From Gemmatimonadota bacterium (GTDB lineage Bacteria; Gemmatimonadota; Gemmatimonadetes; Longimicrobiales; Gaopeijiaceae): a stretch of 64,000 nucleotides of DNA. The stretch is taken from positions 32,001 to 96,000 of the forward strand of contig JAXHMG010000003.1 of the NCBI GenBank assembly GCA_034521595.1, written 5' to 3'. The notes under the pieces were generated by a model. The model saw only the letters and a program-made list of their open reading frames with translations, ran no database searches and was not told where the DNA came from. Shown here piece by piece: positions 21,221-31,443 of this stretch; position 1 is the stretch's first letter; every line of letters begins with the position of its first letter. The position numbers were made by a program, and so were the translations under genes.

Positions 21221-21970
21221 GTGTCCAGAAGCGAAAGGCGTAGGCAGGCTCGCGAGCCGAAGGAGGAGTCCGGCATGAAGAAGCTTTATTACGTGCTGGG
21301 CGCCGTGGCCGTGATCGGCATCGGCGTCGCCGTCTACTCGGTGGGGAGCACGACGTTGAGCGGCGCCGCGACGGCTCCGGTCGAGGTGGAAGGAATCGAG
21401 GACTCCGAGCGCCTGATCGAGCTCGCCGAAGGGGTGACGCTGGGCGACGAGGACGCCCCCGTGACGATCGTCGAGTTCGGCGACTACCAGTGTCCCGGAT
21501 GCGGCAGCTTCGCGACGAACGTGAAGCCGCAGATCCAACTCCAGCTCGTGGATCAGGGCCTGGCGAAGTTCGTCTTCTACGACTTTCCGCTCGTCCAGGT
21601 TCACCCGCACGCCTTCCTGGCGGCCCGGGCGGCCCGCTGCGCCGGTGAGCAGGGGAGTTACTGGGATTACCACGACCTCCTCTTCCAGATGCAGCCGCGG
21701 TGGTCGGGCGAGGCCAACGCGATCGGCTCGTTCCGGGACTACGCCGAGTCCGTCGGCCTGGACGAGGGTGAGTTCAACGCGTGCCTGCAGAGCGACCGGT
21801 ACGCGGACGTGGTCACGGCGAACATGGAGCTCGGCGCCCAGCTCGGGGTGAGTGGAACGCCCACGGTGATGGTCAACGCCGACGATCAGGTACGCCGGGT
21901 GGGCGGGGATTTCCGGTCCATCCAGCAGGCCGTCGAGGCCTTGATGCCCGAAAACGGTGAGGGCGGTTGA
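21221..21970 (+). CDS. DsbA family thiol-disulfide oxidoreductase
   Basis: N-terminal TM segment, EFGDYQCPGC, DFPL, GVSGTPT; start may be the internal MKKLYY. Confidence 0.88.
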   Translation: MSRSERRRQAREPKEESGMKKLYYVLGAVAVIGIGVAVYSVGSTTLSGAATAPVEVEGIEDSERLIELAEGVTLGDEDAPVTIVEFGDYQCPGCGSFATNVKPQIQLQLVDQGLAKFVFYDFPLVQVHPHAFLAARAARCAGEQGSYWDYHDLLFQMQPRWSGEANAIGSFRDYAESVGLDEGEFNACLQSDRYADVVTANMELGAQLGVSGTPTVMVNADDQVRRVGGDFRSIQQAVEALMPENGEGG

Positions 21971-22179
21971 TGGCGGCGTCGAAGAAAGACGGGTTCGTGA
22001 AGCTGCGGCTGCTGTTCGTCGACCAGGGGGATTACCACGATGAGAAGGTCGACGTGCCCGGAGCGGGGATCGACGACTACGAGCGGCTGATCGACTTCCT
22101 CCGCGAGGATCCGGCGGTGCTCAAGCACCTGCACCTGGATATGGACCGGCTCTGCGCCGCGTACCGCATCGAAGAGTAA
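21970..22179 (+). CDS. Small hypothetical protein
   Basis: Start overlaps the DsbA stop; typical codon usage. Confidence 0.65.
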   Translation: MAASKKDGFVKLRLLFVDQGDYHDEKVDVPGAGIDDYERLIDFLREDPAVLKHLHLDMDRLCAAYRIEE

Positions 22180-22206
22180 GTAGTGCGTCGTCCGAGGGTG
22201 CTTACC

Positions 22207-22758
22207 TCAGCCTGAGCCGTCGAGCGTCTCCAAGCGCGCCCGCGCCGCGGGAAGCGTCCAGCTGTCCACGACGTGGGGAGGCCACTGGCCACGGCCGGCC
22301 TCCTCGACGAGCCGAGAGGCCTCGTCCCGGGCACGGTGGGCCGTGGGTGCATCGAGGAGGCCGTGCATGCGAGCTTCTTCGAACTCGTCTTCGTCCAGGA
22401 TGTCGACGCTTCCGTCGGGTGGGAGCCAAATGTCCAGGAAAAGATCCGTGGTCCGCCAGGTTCTGCCGTCGATCTCCGGCGGGGTGAGGACGTTGGCGTA
22501 GTATCCGGTGAAGGTGCCGTCGGCTCGGTGGAACCGACCGATGTCGTGCCATTCGCCTGGAAAGGTGAACCAGACGACGGGCGAGCCGGGCTCCAGGATA
22601 ACCCGCTCGCCAACGTGGATCGGGCGCCTGAGGGGCGTCGACGGAGCGAGCGTGACGATGCAGTCGCCGTCGTTCTCGACGACGCGCTGCTCGAAGACCT
22701 CGACGTGGTCGGGCACGCGACGGTAGTGGATGCGAACGTGGCTGCCGGGACGGCTCAA
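22207..22758 (-). CDS. DUF402 domain protein
   Basis: WHDIGRFH...GYYANV...TDLFLDIW...LDEDEF; TTG start overlapping the upstream stop. Confidence 0.8.
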   Translation of the reverse strand: MSRPGSHVRIHYRRVPDHVEVFEQRVVENDGDCIVTLAPSTPLRRPIHVGERVILEPGSPVVWFTFPGEWHDIGRFHRADGTFTGYYANVLTPPEIDGRTWRTTDLFLDIWLPPDGSVDILDEDEFEEARMHGLLDAPTAHRARDEASRLVEEAGRGQWPPHVVDSWTLPAARARLETLDGSG

Positions 22759-23105
22759 GGGTCGACCGGCCCTTCCCCGCCGGGGACCGCTTCCACGAAG
22801 ACGTCCATGAGCCCGCCGCACACGGCCGGGCTCCAGGAAAGCAGATCGTCGGTGAGGTCCACCCGAACCCGTTCGGGCGTGCCCGACGCGAGCACCCTCC
22901 GGGCGGCCTCGATCACTTCGGCTTCCCCGCATCCGCCCCCGACGGTGCCCACCAGGCCGTGGCTCGGATCGACGAGCATGCGGGCTCCGACTTTCCGGGG
23001 CGTGGAGCCGCGCGTCGCGACGATCGTGGCCAGGGCGCAGTCGTGTCCCGCCGTGCGGGCGGCGGCGAGCGCGTCCGCGAGGGCTCGGTCGTCTTCGTGG
23101 GTCAT
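22755..23105 (-). CDS. XdhC/CoxI N-terminal domain protein
   Basis: LATIVATRGSTPRKVGARMLV...GTVGGGCGEAEV...AVCGGLMDVFVE. Confidence 0.88.
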   Translation of the reverse strand: MTHEDDRALADALAAARTAGHDCALATIVATRGSTPRKVGARMLVDPSHGLVGTVGGGCGEAEVIEAARRVLASGTPERVRVDLTDDLLSWSPAVCGGLMDVFVEAVPGGEGPVDP

Positions 23106-23956
23106 GCGTCTTCCATCGTGTCTTCGGAGAAAAAGCGCCCGGCGATGCGCTCCACGTCGCGGAGCGGGGCGCCCGAGCCCCCGCGGCGCACCAGCACGAG
23201 CTCCGCGGCCACGGCCACGGCGATCTCTTCGGGCGTCTCGGCTCCGATATCGAGCCCGACCGGTGCGTGGATGCGCTCGAGGAGCGCGCGGTCGATCCTG
23301 TCCTCGAGGAGCTGCACGTAGGTGGCCCGCACGCGTCGGCGGCTCCCGATCATACCGATGTATGCGGGCGGTGGATCCATGCGGAGAGCGCGCACCAGGC
23401 AGGCGTAGTCGTACTTGTGCCCTCGCGTGACGAGGAGGATGTGCGTGCGGTCGTGCACCACCACGTCACGGAACGGGTCGTCGAAGTCGGCGTTCACGAG
23501 GCGCTGGGCTTCCGGAAACCGCTCGCGTGTGGCGAAGTCGGGCCGGTCGTCGAGCACCGTGACCCGGAAGCCGAGCGCTGCCGCGACGCGGCAGAGCGGG
23601 CGCGCGATGTGCCCCGCGCCCACGATCACGAGCTCGGAAATGGGGCGCCGGAGCTCGAGGTAGGCTTCCACCGTGTGCCCGTCGGCGAGCGTCAGCACCC
23701 GAAGTCCGTCGTCCGCGCTCGGGTCGGCGAGCGCCGCGTCGAGGAGCTCCGTGAGCGCGCCGTGGATCGTCGCGTCACCGACGGCACCGTGTGTGCGTGC
23801 CGGCGCTCCGTCGCGGTCGCGTGTGAGCGCGAGCCGGTTGCCCGGCACCGCGTCGGGGCTCGTTCCGCCCACGACCAGGGCCACCGCGGCGCTCCCGCCG
23901 GCGTCGGCCGTATCGAGGAGAAGGCGTGCCGCTTCAGCCGCGTGCAGCACGCTCAC
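23102..23956 (-). CDS. XdhC family molybdenum cofactor chaperone (Rossmann C-terminal domain)
   Basis: LVIVGAGHIA, VLDDRPDF, VTRGHKYD, YIGMIGSRRR, APVGLDIGAETPEEIA. Confidence 0.9.
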   Translation of the reverse strand: MSVLHAAEAARLLLDTADAGGSAAVALVVGGTSPDAVPGNRLALTRDRDGAPARTHGAVGDATIHGALTELLDAALADPSADDGLRVLTLADGHTVEAYLELRRPISELVIVGAGHIARPLCRVAAALGFRVTVLDDRPDFATRERFPEAQRLVNADFDDPFRDVVVHDRTHILLVTRGHKYDYACLVRALRMDPPPAYIGMIGSRRRVRATYVQLLEDRIDRALLERIHAPVGLDIGAETPEEIAVAVAAELVLVRRGGSGAPLRDVERIAGRFFSEDTMEDA

Positions 23957-24594
23957 CCTGTCTCTCCTCCTTGGGCGGTGCGTCCCCGAGGGGCCGTGCT
24001 CTCGACTTTTCGGACGAGGGCCCGGTACTCCTCCGGGGTGTCGATGTCGATGAGCACCCCGCGATCCGTGACGGGCACGAGGCGTGCACCGTCGAGGTGC
24101 CGGTGCACCACGGTCCGGGCGCCTCCCTGAAGGGCGGGGTCGAGCAGCTCGGGGAAGACGGAGCGCTCGAACACGGCCGGGTGTCCGCGCCGGCCCTCGT
24201 AGATCGGGAGCGTGACCGGAGCGCCCGACGCCGCGGCCTGGTCGATCAACCGGGCGATCGTCTCCGAGCGCACCGTCGGGTGGTCCAGGGGAAGCCAGAC
24301 CACGTGCGACACCGCCACGTCGAGGTGTTCGAGCGCTTTTCGCAGGGACGTGATCGGCCCGTCGCCCGGCTCCGGATTCACCAGCGTCCTCGCGCCCGCG
24401 CGCTCGGCCTCGCTGCCGGTCGCGGCGTCGTCGGCTCGGACGACGACCAGCACCGGCTCGCAGCCCGCTTCGCTCAATGCGCCCACGATCCGATGAACGA
24501 AGCTCACCCCCTCGAGCTCGAGGAGCCCTTTCGGCGATCCCATGCGGGACGAGGCTCCCGCGGCGGGCACGATGCCCGCGATTCTTCGGGGCAT
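23953..24594 (-). CDS. MocA/MobA-like nucleotidyltransferase
   Basis: IVPAAGASSRMGSPK, LDHP, GHPAVF, DIDTPEEY. Confidence 0.85.
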   Translation of the reverse strand: MPRRIAGIVPAAGASSRMGSPKGLLELEGVSFVHRIVGALSEAGCEPVLVVVRADDAATGSEAERAGARTLVNPEPGDGPITSLRKALEHLDVAVSHVVWLPLDHPTVRSETIARLIDQAAASGAPVTLPIYEGRRGHPAVFERSVFPELLDPALQGGARTVVHRHLDGARLVPVTDRGVLIDIDTPEEYRALVRKVESTAPRGRTAQGGETG

Positions 24595-24598
24595 TCGG

Positions 24599-26845
24599 TC
24601 AGGAGCCCGTGCCCGGGTATGCCTCGTAGAACGTGCGGTCGTCGGACGCGAGCTCCACGATCGACGTCGCCGGGGTGAAGCGGTGTCCGTGTGCCTCTTC
24701 GAGCTCCCGCAACCGGTCGAGCACGGCCCTCGGGTGGACGGAGTCGGCGAAGCGGAGCAGCCCTCCTCGGAAGGGCGGGAACCCGGTGCCCATGACCATG
24801 CCGAGGTCCACGTCCGCGGCGCTCGAGACGATCCCTTCTTCGAGGACGCGCGCCGCTTCGTTGACCATGGGGAGGAGGAGGCGGTGCCGGATCTCCGTCT
24901 CGTCGGGCTCGGAGCCACCTCGGGCGTCGTCCGGCGCCGGTAGCCCGAGATCCCCATACACCGACGCATCGACACCCTCCTCCTTCCCGTTCTCGTAGCG
25001 GTAAAACCCTCGTCCGCCCTTCCGGCCCGTTCGCGTCGACGCCCCGATGCGTTCCAGAGCGGGTGACGGCTCGAGTCGCGCTCCCAGCGCATCGTGCAGG
25101 GCCTCACCCGCGTGTCGGGAAACGTCGATGCCCACTTCGTCCACCAATCGCAACGGGCCCATCGGCATCCCGAAGGTCTTCGCCACGCGGTCGATCGCTT
25201 CGACGTCGAGCCCTTCGCCGAGCAGAAAGCCCCCTTCGTTGAGATACGGGCCGAGGATGCGGTTCACGAGGAACCCCGGTCCGTCGCCGACGACCACCGG
25301 GACCTTGTCGAGCGAAAGCGCGAGCCGGTAGATCGTGGCCACCGCTTCGTCCGATGTCTCAGGTCCGCGCACGATCTCGACCAGCGGCATCCGGTGCACG
25401 GGGTTGAAGAAGTGCATGCCACAAAACCGTTCCGGCCGGTCGAGCGCTTCGGCCATGTCCGCCACGGAGAGGGACGAGGTGTTGGTGGCCAGCACGCAGT
25501 CGTCCTCGACCCACTTTTCCGTCTCGGCGAGCACGTCGCGCTTCACGTCCATCCGCTCCACGACCGCCTCGACGACGACCTGACACGTCGAGAGGCCGTG
25601 ATAGTCCACGCCGCCGGAGATCCGCTCCATCGCCCTCGTGGCCTCGGACCGAGACTGCTTCCGGTTCGCGACCGCCTTGTCGAAGAGCATCCGAGCGTGC
25701 TCGAGACCACCGCTCACGGCTTCGTGCTCGATGTCCTTCATGTGTGCCGAGAGTCCGTGGTAGCCCGCCAGCTGTGCGATTCCACCGCCCATGACCCCGG
25801 CCCCGAGGATCCCGATCCGGTCGACGGGGCGGCCCGTCACCTCGGCGTCGTCCACACCGTTGCCCTTCCGGGCGGCTTCCCGCATGCGGAAGACGTGGAT
25901 GAGTCCCTTACATTCCGGAGAGACGATGAGCTCGCCGGCCGCGCGGGCCTCCGCGGCGAGGCTGTCCTCCACGCTGCCACCGAGATGTTCCTCCAGGAGG
26001 TCCAGGATGTGGAGGGGTGCGGGGTAGTCGCCTCCCGTGGACTCGAGAACCTTCTTACGCGCGGTGCGGAGAACGAGGCTCCGCCCCGGAGGAGTGTCGT
26101 CCAGCAGACGCTGCAAGAGCCTCTTGCGTGCCCGTCCCGGCGACCGGACGCCGGCGGCGACGTCCAGCGCGTACCGGCGCGCCAGGTCGTCGAAGAGGTC
26201 GGCCGGGAACACCTCGTCCACCAGGCCGATCCGCCGGGCCTTGTGGGCGTCCGCTTGCTTCCCGGTGAGGAGCAGGTCGAGCGCCGCCTGCAACCCGACC
26301 AATCGGGGAAGGCGGCTCGTTCCGCCCCATGCGGGAAGGATCCCCAGCATCACCTCGGGTAGGCCCAAGCGTGTGCGCGGATCGTCGGATGCCACACGGT
26401 GCGTGCAGGCCAGGGAGAGCTCGAGCCCCCCGCCGAGACAGATGCCGTGGATGGCGGCCACGGTGGGAACGGGGAGGCTCGCCACGTCGGCGAAGACCGC
26501 TTGGCCCATCCGCACCTTGTTTTCTGCGGCTTCCGGGTCCTCGATCTCGGCGATCGCCTCCACGTCTGCGCCCGCGATGAAGCCGGATTCCTTTCCGCTC
26601 CGGATCACGACGGCTCGAACACGACCTTCGCGGCCCGCGCCTCGAGCTTCGTCGAGGGCGCTCCCGAGACGCTTCATGACGCCTTCGGTCAGCACGTTCA
26701 GTGCGCGTTCCGGATCGGCGAACGTGAGCCAACCGATGCCGTCGTCGTCGATCTCGAAGGTCGGGCTTACCGTTTCTGCGCGGGCTTCGGAAGCTGTGGA
26801 CACGTCACCGTCCGGCGTCTGAGAGGGCTGTTGAGGCATCTTCAC
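24599..26845 (-). CDS. Fatty acid oxidation complex alpha subunit (enoyl-CoA hydratase / 3-hydroxyacyl-CoA dehydrogenase), FadJ/FadB-like
   Basis: FIAGAD, CLGGGLEL, GLPEVMLG, GAGVMGGGIA, EAVVE, TNTSSL, MHFFNPV, GFPPFRGG. Confidence 0.93.
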   Translation of the reverse strand: MKMPQQPSQTPDGDVSTASEARAETVSPTFEIDDDGIGWLTFADPERALNVLTEGVMKRLGSALDEARGAGREGRVRAVVIRSGKESGFIAGADVEAIAEIEDPEAAENKVRMGQAVFADVASLPVPTVAAIHGICLGGGLELSLACTHRVASDDPRTRLGLPEVMLGILPAWGGTSRLPRLVGLQAALDLLLTGKQADAHKARRIGLVDEVFPADLFDDLARRYALDVAAGVRSPGRARKRLLQRLLDDTPPGRSLVLRTARKKVLESTGGDYPAPLHILDLLEEHLGGSVEDSLAAEARAAGELIVSPECKGLIHVFRMREAARKGNGVDDAEVTGRPVDRIGILGAGVMGGGIAQLAGYHGLSAHMKDIEHEAVSGGLEHARMLFDKAVANRKQSRSEATRAMERISGGVDYHGLSTCQVVVEAVVERMDVKRDVLAETEKWVEDDCVLATNTSSLSVADMAEALDRPERFCGMHFFNPVHRMPLVEIVRGPETSDEAVATIYRLALSLDKVPVVVGDGPGFLVNRILGPYLNEGGFLLGEGLDVEAIDRVAKTFGMPMGPLRLVDEVGIDVSRHAGEALHDALGARLEPSPALERIGASTRTGRKGGRGFYRYENGKEEGVDASVYGDLGLPAPDDARGGSEPDETEIRHRLLLPMVNEAARVLEEGIVSSAADVDLGMVMGTGFPPFRGGLLRFADSVHPRAVLDRLRELEEAHGHRFTPATSIVELASDDRTFYEAYPGTGS

Positions 26846-26865
26846 ACAATACGGTGGTCACCGCG

Positions 26866-26907
26866 AAAAAAAAGCCGCCCGGCCCCCACGGATGGGAGCC
26901 GGGCGGC
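26866..26907 (-). terminator. Intrinsic terminator
   Basis: GCCGCCCGGC/GCCGGGCGGC stem with an 8-nt T tract on the minus strand, downstream of the 26932-27711 gene. Confidence 0.8.
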
Positions 26908-26931
26908 CTCGTCACGTGGACGGCCCGAAGA

Positions 26932-27711
26932 TCAGAGCTTCGGGCGCTCCTCCGCGTTCTCTCTGGTGAGCTCCACCATGACCGGCTCGCCGCGCTCGAC
27001 CGTGATCGGCACGTTCCAATACAACTCCGTATAGGGAAGCTCATACCGGGCGTGGACCCAGTATTGACCGGGCTCCACCCTGAAGTTGTTCCGTGCGACC
27101 CCGTTGGCGTCGGTCGTGTCGACCGCGATGTCCAGCCCGCTTTCGCGCTGTTTTTCACCGAAGATCTCCGTGACGCCCGCGAAAGCCTCTTCGGCCCAGC
27201 TCTCCTGCGCGATACGCACCGAGTCGGTCTGCTGGATCGTGCCCCGCTGCAGGGAGTCGAAGCGCTCGAACGCCTGGTTCATCTGGGTTTCGACGTCACC
27301 GAGCTCGGATTCGAAATCCTGGAACTCGCGGAACAGCGCAACGTACCGGGACTCCCCACGCGAGTACTGCTCCATCGCGCTCGATAGCTCCTGGAGCGTA
27401 TCCCGGAGGGTGTTCCAACGCTGCTGGAATCCCTGCCATTCGCGCTGTGCCTCCTGAACCTCGTCACGGGCGTCGGCGAGCTGCTCGGGGATCTCGGGCT
27501 CGGGCGTGCCGTAGGCCTGCTCGAGCGAGTCGAAGATCTGGTCGCGGTCGTAGGGTAGCAGTTGGACCTCGATGTCCGAGAGCTGCCGGGATTCCGTCTC
27601 GCCGGTCTCCGGGTCCTGGACGTCGATCTCCATGGTTACCACCACTTCGCCCGGGCCGCAGGCGGCGGCGAAGAGGAGAGCTATGGCGAACGGAAGTGTC
27701 CTACGCCTCAT
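26932..27711 (-). CDS. Hypothetical coiled-coil lipoprotein
   Basis: Lipobox FAAAC; long amphipathic helical centre. Confidence 0.75.
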   Translation of the reverse strand: MRRRTLPFAIALLFAAACGPGEVVVTMEIDVQDPETGETESRQLSDIEVQLLPYDRDQIFDSLEQAYGTPEPEIPEQLADARDEVQEAQREWQGFQQRWNTLRDTLQELSSAMEQYSRGESRYVALFREFQDFESELGDVETQMNQAFERFDSLQRGTIQQTDSVRIAQESWAEEAFAGVTEIFGEKQRESGLDIAVDTTDANGVARNNFRVEPGQYWVHARYELPYTELYWNVPITVERGEPVMVELTRENAEERPKL

Positions 27712-27862
27712 GATGAACTCCGTACGTCGGTTGCTTGGGGGAACGAAGAGCGAAGCTACTGTGGGCTCGGACGCACATCAAGTACGAGCCCGGCCAATCT
27801 AAATGATGGAGGGCGATACGCCAGGACTTCCCCGCGAGTGGGACGCGCGGGATCGGAGAGCC

Positions 27863-28795
27863 TCAATACCGTAAGACGGCCGGAAGGATGTAGCGGGCCG
27901 GATCTTCCGCGTCTCCGTCCACTCGGACCTCGTAGTGGAGGTGCGAGGCCGTGGCGAGCCCCGTGCTCCCGACCTGTGCGATCATCTCGCCCCGACTCAC
28001 CTCCTGGCCACGCTGTGCGATGAGCTTCGAGGCGTGCCCGTAGAGCGTGGTGTAGCCGTATCCGTGGTCGATCTCGACGGTCAGCCCGTACCCCGCGACC
28101 CAACTCGCGCGCGTGATGCGCCCCTTCGCGGACGCGTAGATGGGCGTTCCGGTCGGGGCGGCGATGTCGACGCCCGGATGAGGGATCGGCCGGTTGTGGA
28201 TCGGGTGCACCCGGGAGCGGGAATAGCTGCTCGAGAGCCAGCCCGAAGTCGGTAGGATCGACGGAGTGGATTCGAGTAGGTCCTCGTGCGCTACGACGGA
28301 GTCCGTCGCCGCTTCGAGGCTCTCGGAGAGGAGGCGCGCTCGTCGCTCGAGGGCGCTCAGGTCGTACGACACGGCGAAGAGGGACTGAGCGAGGGTCGAG
28401 TCCGACGCCCAAAGGGGGGACGACTCGGGCGTGCCCAGACCGGGACCGCCCACTCCGGCCTGCAGGACCTCCGGCTCGATGAACTCGAGTCCGGCGATGC
28501 TGCGGAACTGGGCGTCGCTTTCCGCGACGTCGTCGAGCTTGCCCTCGATCTCCTCGATCCGCTGCTGGAACTCGGCCAGCTCGGTTTCCAGCGCCTGATT
28601 CCTGGCTTCGAGGATCGCGGCTCGCATCCGTCCCGTGCCGTCGAGGCCGATGCCGAGCGTGAACGCCAGGATCACGAGCAGGCAGAACCCCCCGATCCAG
28701 CTACCCAGGCGAACGACCCGTGCCGGCACGGAGTATTGCCGTACCGGACCGTCCTCACCTCGGAGGACGAGAAAGGTCCATTGTTCTCCCTTCAT
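27863..28795 (-). CDS. M23 family metallopeptidase
   Basis: TM segment plus coiled coil; HPGVD, GYG...HGYGYTTLYGH, HLHYEV. Confidence 0.92.
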   Translation of the reverse strand: MKGEQWTFLVLRGEDGPVRQYSVPARVVRLGSWIGGFCLLVILAFTLGIGLDGTGRMRAAILEARNQALETELAEFQQRIEEIEGKLDDVAESDAQFRSIAGLEFIEPEVLQAGVGGPGLGTPESSPLWASDSTLAQSLFAVSYDLSALERRARLLSESLEAATDSVVAHEDLLESTPSILPTSGWLSSSYSRSRVHPIHNRPIPHPGVDIAAPTGTPIYASAKGRITRASWVAGYGLTVEIDHGYGYTTLYGHASKLIAQRGQEVSRGEMIAQVGSTGLATASHLHYEVRVDGDAEDPARYILPAVLRY

Positions 28796-28999
28796 GGAGC
28801 TAGCCTCGGTACGTGTGAGCCCGCTGCGTGGATGTCCGTTACCCTTCCGACACGCGACGGACACGATCGGAACGTGCTGGAATTCCTGAATTTCACGCGC
28901 AGACCTTTCAACCTAGACGGCGCTAAACGCGAGTGTCAACGAGCAATTTCCGGACCACCCGACCGGTGCCTCCCGGAGTGGGCGATCCTCGGGGCGACC

Positions 29000-30568
29000 T
29001 CAGGAGGCTCGATGCTCGGACGCCCAGGACGGCTCCACGCGCGGGAATAGCGCCTCGCCCTTGGTCACTCCCCGGCCGGACAGGTCGGCCGTTCGCGCTT
29101 GGCGAAGCGTCGGAACCGTCTCGAATCCGAGGCGGTGGGCCAGCGAGCGCATCTTTTCCGGAGTCACCGGCTCGAAGAGCGCGCAGAGCACCGTCAGGGC
29201 TCGGGCCAACGTGGCCAGCGTTTCGTCGAGCTCTCCGGCCTGGTCGGGATCTTTGGCTTGGGACCAGGGCTGTCGCTTCTCCACGAAGCCGTTCGTCACC
29301 CGCGCGAAATCCATCGCCGCCGCCAGTGCCTCGTGTACGCGGTACGAGCGCATCGCGGTGCGCGTATCCTCGAGGGCCTGATCGATCTCGGCGTCCAGCT
29401 CGGTGCCGGGGGCGTCCGGCACCACCCCGTCCCGGTACTTCGAGATCATCGAGAGGACCCGGCTCGCGAGGTTCCCCAGCACGTTGGCCAACTCCTCGTA
29501 CCGCGTGAGGAAGCGTTCCGGGGTGTAGGACGCGTCACCACCCGTCGGCATTTCGCGCAGCAGGTACCACCGTACCGCATCCGTCCCGAACTCTTCGCGA
29601 AGTGCGAGAGGGTCCACGACGTTGCCGAGCGACTTGGACATCTTCGTTTCTCCTACGACCCACCACCCGTGGGCGAGGATCCTTCGCGGCACCGGTAGCC
29701 CCACGCCCATGAGCAGCGTGGGCCAATAGACGGCGTGGGTCGTGAGGATGTCCTTGCCGACGATATGAAGATCGGCCGGCCACCACGAGCCGGACGTGTC
29801 GTCGAATCCCTGCTCGTCGGGGGCGGCTTCGGGATGTATCGCCTCCGAGGCCGTGAGGTAGTTGATGAGCGCGTCGACCCAGACGTAGGTGACATGGTCC
29901 TCGTCGAAAGGCAACGGGATGCCCCACGCCACCCGGCTCTTGGGCCTCGAGATCGAGAGATCCGCGAGCGGCTTGCGCAGGAAGCCCAGGACCTCGTTGC
30001 GCCGGTTCTCGGGAACGATCCAGTCCGCATGCTCCTCGATATGCCGGACGAGCTCGTCCTGGAAGGCGCTCATGCGGAAGAAGTAGTTCTTTTCGTCCAC
30101 GCGGTTGACCGGACGACCGCAGTCGGGGCAGGTCTCGCCGGGGCCCAGGTCCTTGTCGGTCCAGTACCGCTCTTCGTGAATGCAGTACCAGCCGGAGTAG
30201 CTCCCTTCGTAGATCTCGCCACGGTCCCAGAGGCGTTGCAGGAACGCGCGCACGACGGCGACGTGCTCCGCCTCGGTCGTGCGGATGAAACGGTCGTGCG
30301 AGATGTCGAGTGTGTCCCACGCGGCCCGGAACCGCTCGGCCATGAGGTCGCACAGGTCGAGCGGCTCCATGCCACGGCTGCGGGCTTCGGTCTGGATCTT
30401 CTGACCGTGCTCGTCGGTGCCCGTGAGAAAGAGCACCTCGACCCCGTCCTGTCGCTCGAAGCGCGCGAGCACGTCGGCCAGGATCGTGGTATACGCGTGT
30501 CCCAGGTGCGGCTCACCGGACGCGTAGTAGATCGGGGTGGTGAGATATTGGCGTCGCGGTGTGGTCAC
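29000..30568 (-). CDS. metG: Methionine--tRNA ligase (short form)
   Basis: TTPIYY...PHLGHAY, GTDEHGQK, YVWVDAL, GKDI, KMSKS. Confidence 0.96.
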   Translation of the reverse strand: MTTPRRQYLTTPIYYASGEPHLGHAYTTILADVLARFERQDGVEVLFLTGTDEHGQKIQTEARSRGMEPLDLCDLMAERFRAAWDTLDISHDRFIRTTEAEHVAVVRAFLQRLWDRGEIYEGSYSGWYCIHEERYWTDKDLGPGETCPDCGRPVNRVDEKNYFFRMSAFQDELVRHIEEHADWIVPENRRNEVLGFLRKPLADLSISRPKSRVAWGIPLPFDEDHVTYVWVDALINYLTASEAIHPEAAPDEQGFDDTSGSWWPADLHIVGKDILTTHAVYWPTLLMGVGLPVPRRILAHGWWVVGETKMSKSLGNVVDPLALREEFGTDAVRWYLLREMPTGGDASYTPERFLTRYEELANVLGNLASRVLSMISKYRDGVVPDAPGTELDAEIDQALEDTRTAMRSYRVHEALAAAMDFARVTNGFVEKRQPWSQAKDPDQAGELDETLATLARALTVLCALFEPVTPEKMRSLAHRLGFETVPTLRQARTADLSGRGVTKGEALFPRVEPSWASEHRAS

Positions 30569-31434
30569 GTATCGGTGTTCCGGTGTTCGTTCACGTTTCC
30601 GGGGCCGCCCGAGGGGCCGACTTCCTCTTTGAGGTCGGCCAAGGTCACGGTCCGGCGCTCGCCTTCCGGACCGCGCAGGCTCACGGTGTCGCCCCAGATG
30701 TCCACGGCGACCACCTTTTCTTCTCCGAGGGAGGTGCGGATCTTCCGCCCTTCGCGCGGGAAGCGCCGCCGTGCCTCCACGTACGTCTTGTGCTCGTACA
30801 TCAGGCAACACATCAGCCGTCCGCAGCACCCGCTGATCTGCGCGGGGTTCAGCGAGAGGTTCTGGTCCTTCGCCAGCTGGAGCGAGACGGGCTTGAGCTC
30901 GGGTAGCCAGGTCGAGCAACAGAGCTCGCGGCCGCAGCGACCGACGCCTCCGAGCAGCGCGGCTTCGTCCCGCACCCCGATCTGCTTGAGCTCGATGCGC
31001 GTCCGGAAGGTGCGCGCCAGGTCACGCACGAGCTGCCGGAAGTCGACTCGCTTTTCGGCGGTGAAGTAAATGATCAGCTTGTTGCGGTCGAACTGCCACT
31101 CGGCTTCGGTCACCTTCATGTGCAGCCCGTGCTTCTGGACGAGCGTACGGGTTTCTTTCCGCACGCGATCCTCGTCCTCCCGAAGCTCGTCGAGGCGGGC
31201 GATCTCCTCGTCCCCGGCGAGCCGTACGATCCGATTTTCCGGCGTGGGCGTGGAACACCCTCCGGACGAGGAGCACTTCCGCTCGGCGACGACGCCGATC
31301 GCCGAAACGACCCCGAGGTCTTCCCCCCGGTCCGCTTCGACGATGACGTGGTTCCCGGCTCGTACATCGGTGTCGGAGTACGTGTAGTACTCCTTGCGGG
31401 ATCCCTTGAACCGGACTTCGGCGAAGCCTGCCAT
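30565..31434 (-). CDS. ricT: PSP1/RicT (YaaT) family Fe-S regulatory protein
   Basis: RVDFRQLV, RIELKQIGVRDEA, GRCGRELCC, ISGCCGRLMCCLMYE. Confidence 0.9.
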   Translation of the reverse strand: MAGFAEVRFKGSRKEYYTYSDTDVRAGNHVIVEADRGEDLGVVSAIGVVAERKCSSSGGCSTPTPENRIVRLAGDEEIARLDELREDEDRVRKETRTLVQKHGLHMKVTEAEWQFDRNKLIIYFTAEKRVDFRQLVRDLARTFRTRIELKQIGVRDEAALLGGVGRCGRELCCSTWLPELKPVSLQLAKDQNLSLNPAQISGCCGRLMCCLMYEHKTYVEARRRFPREGRKIRTSLGEEKVVAVDIWGDTVSLRGPEGERRTVTLADLKEEVGPSGGPGNVNEHRNTDT

Positions 31435-31443
31435 CGCGTACGC

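Noticed and set aside
29000-30568. Short MetG plus distant CsaA/Trbp111 as a novel split enzyme
   Set aside because: Short MetRS forms and free-standing CsaA proteins are both common; no linkage evidence here.
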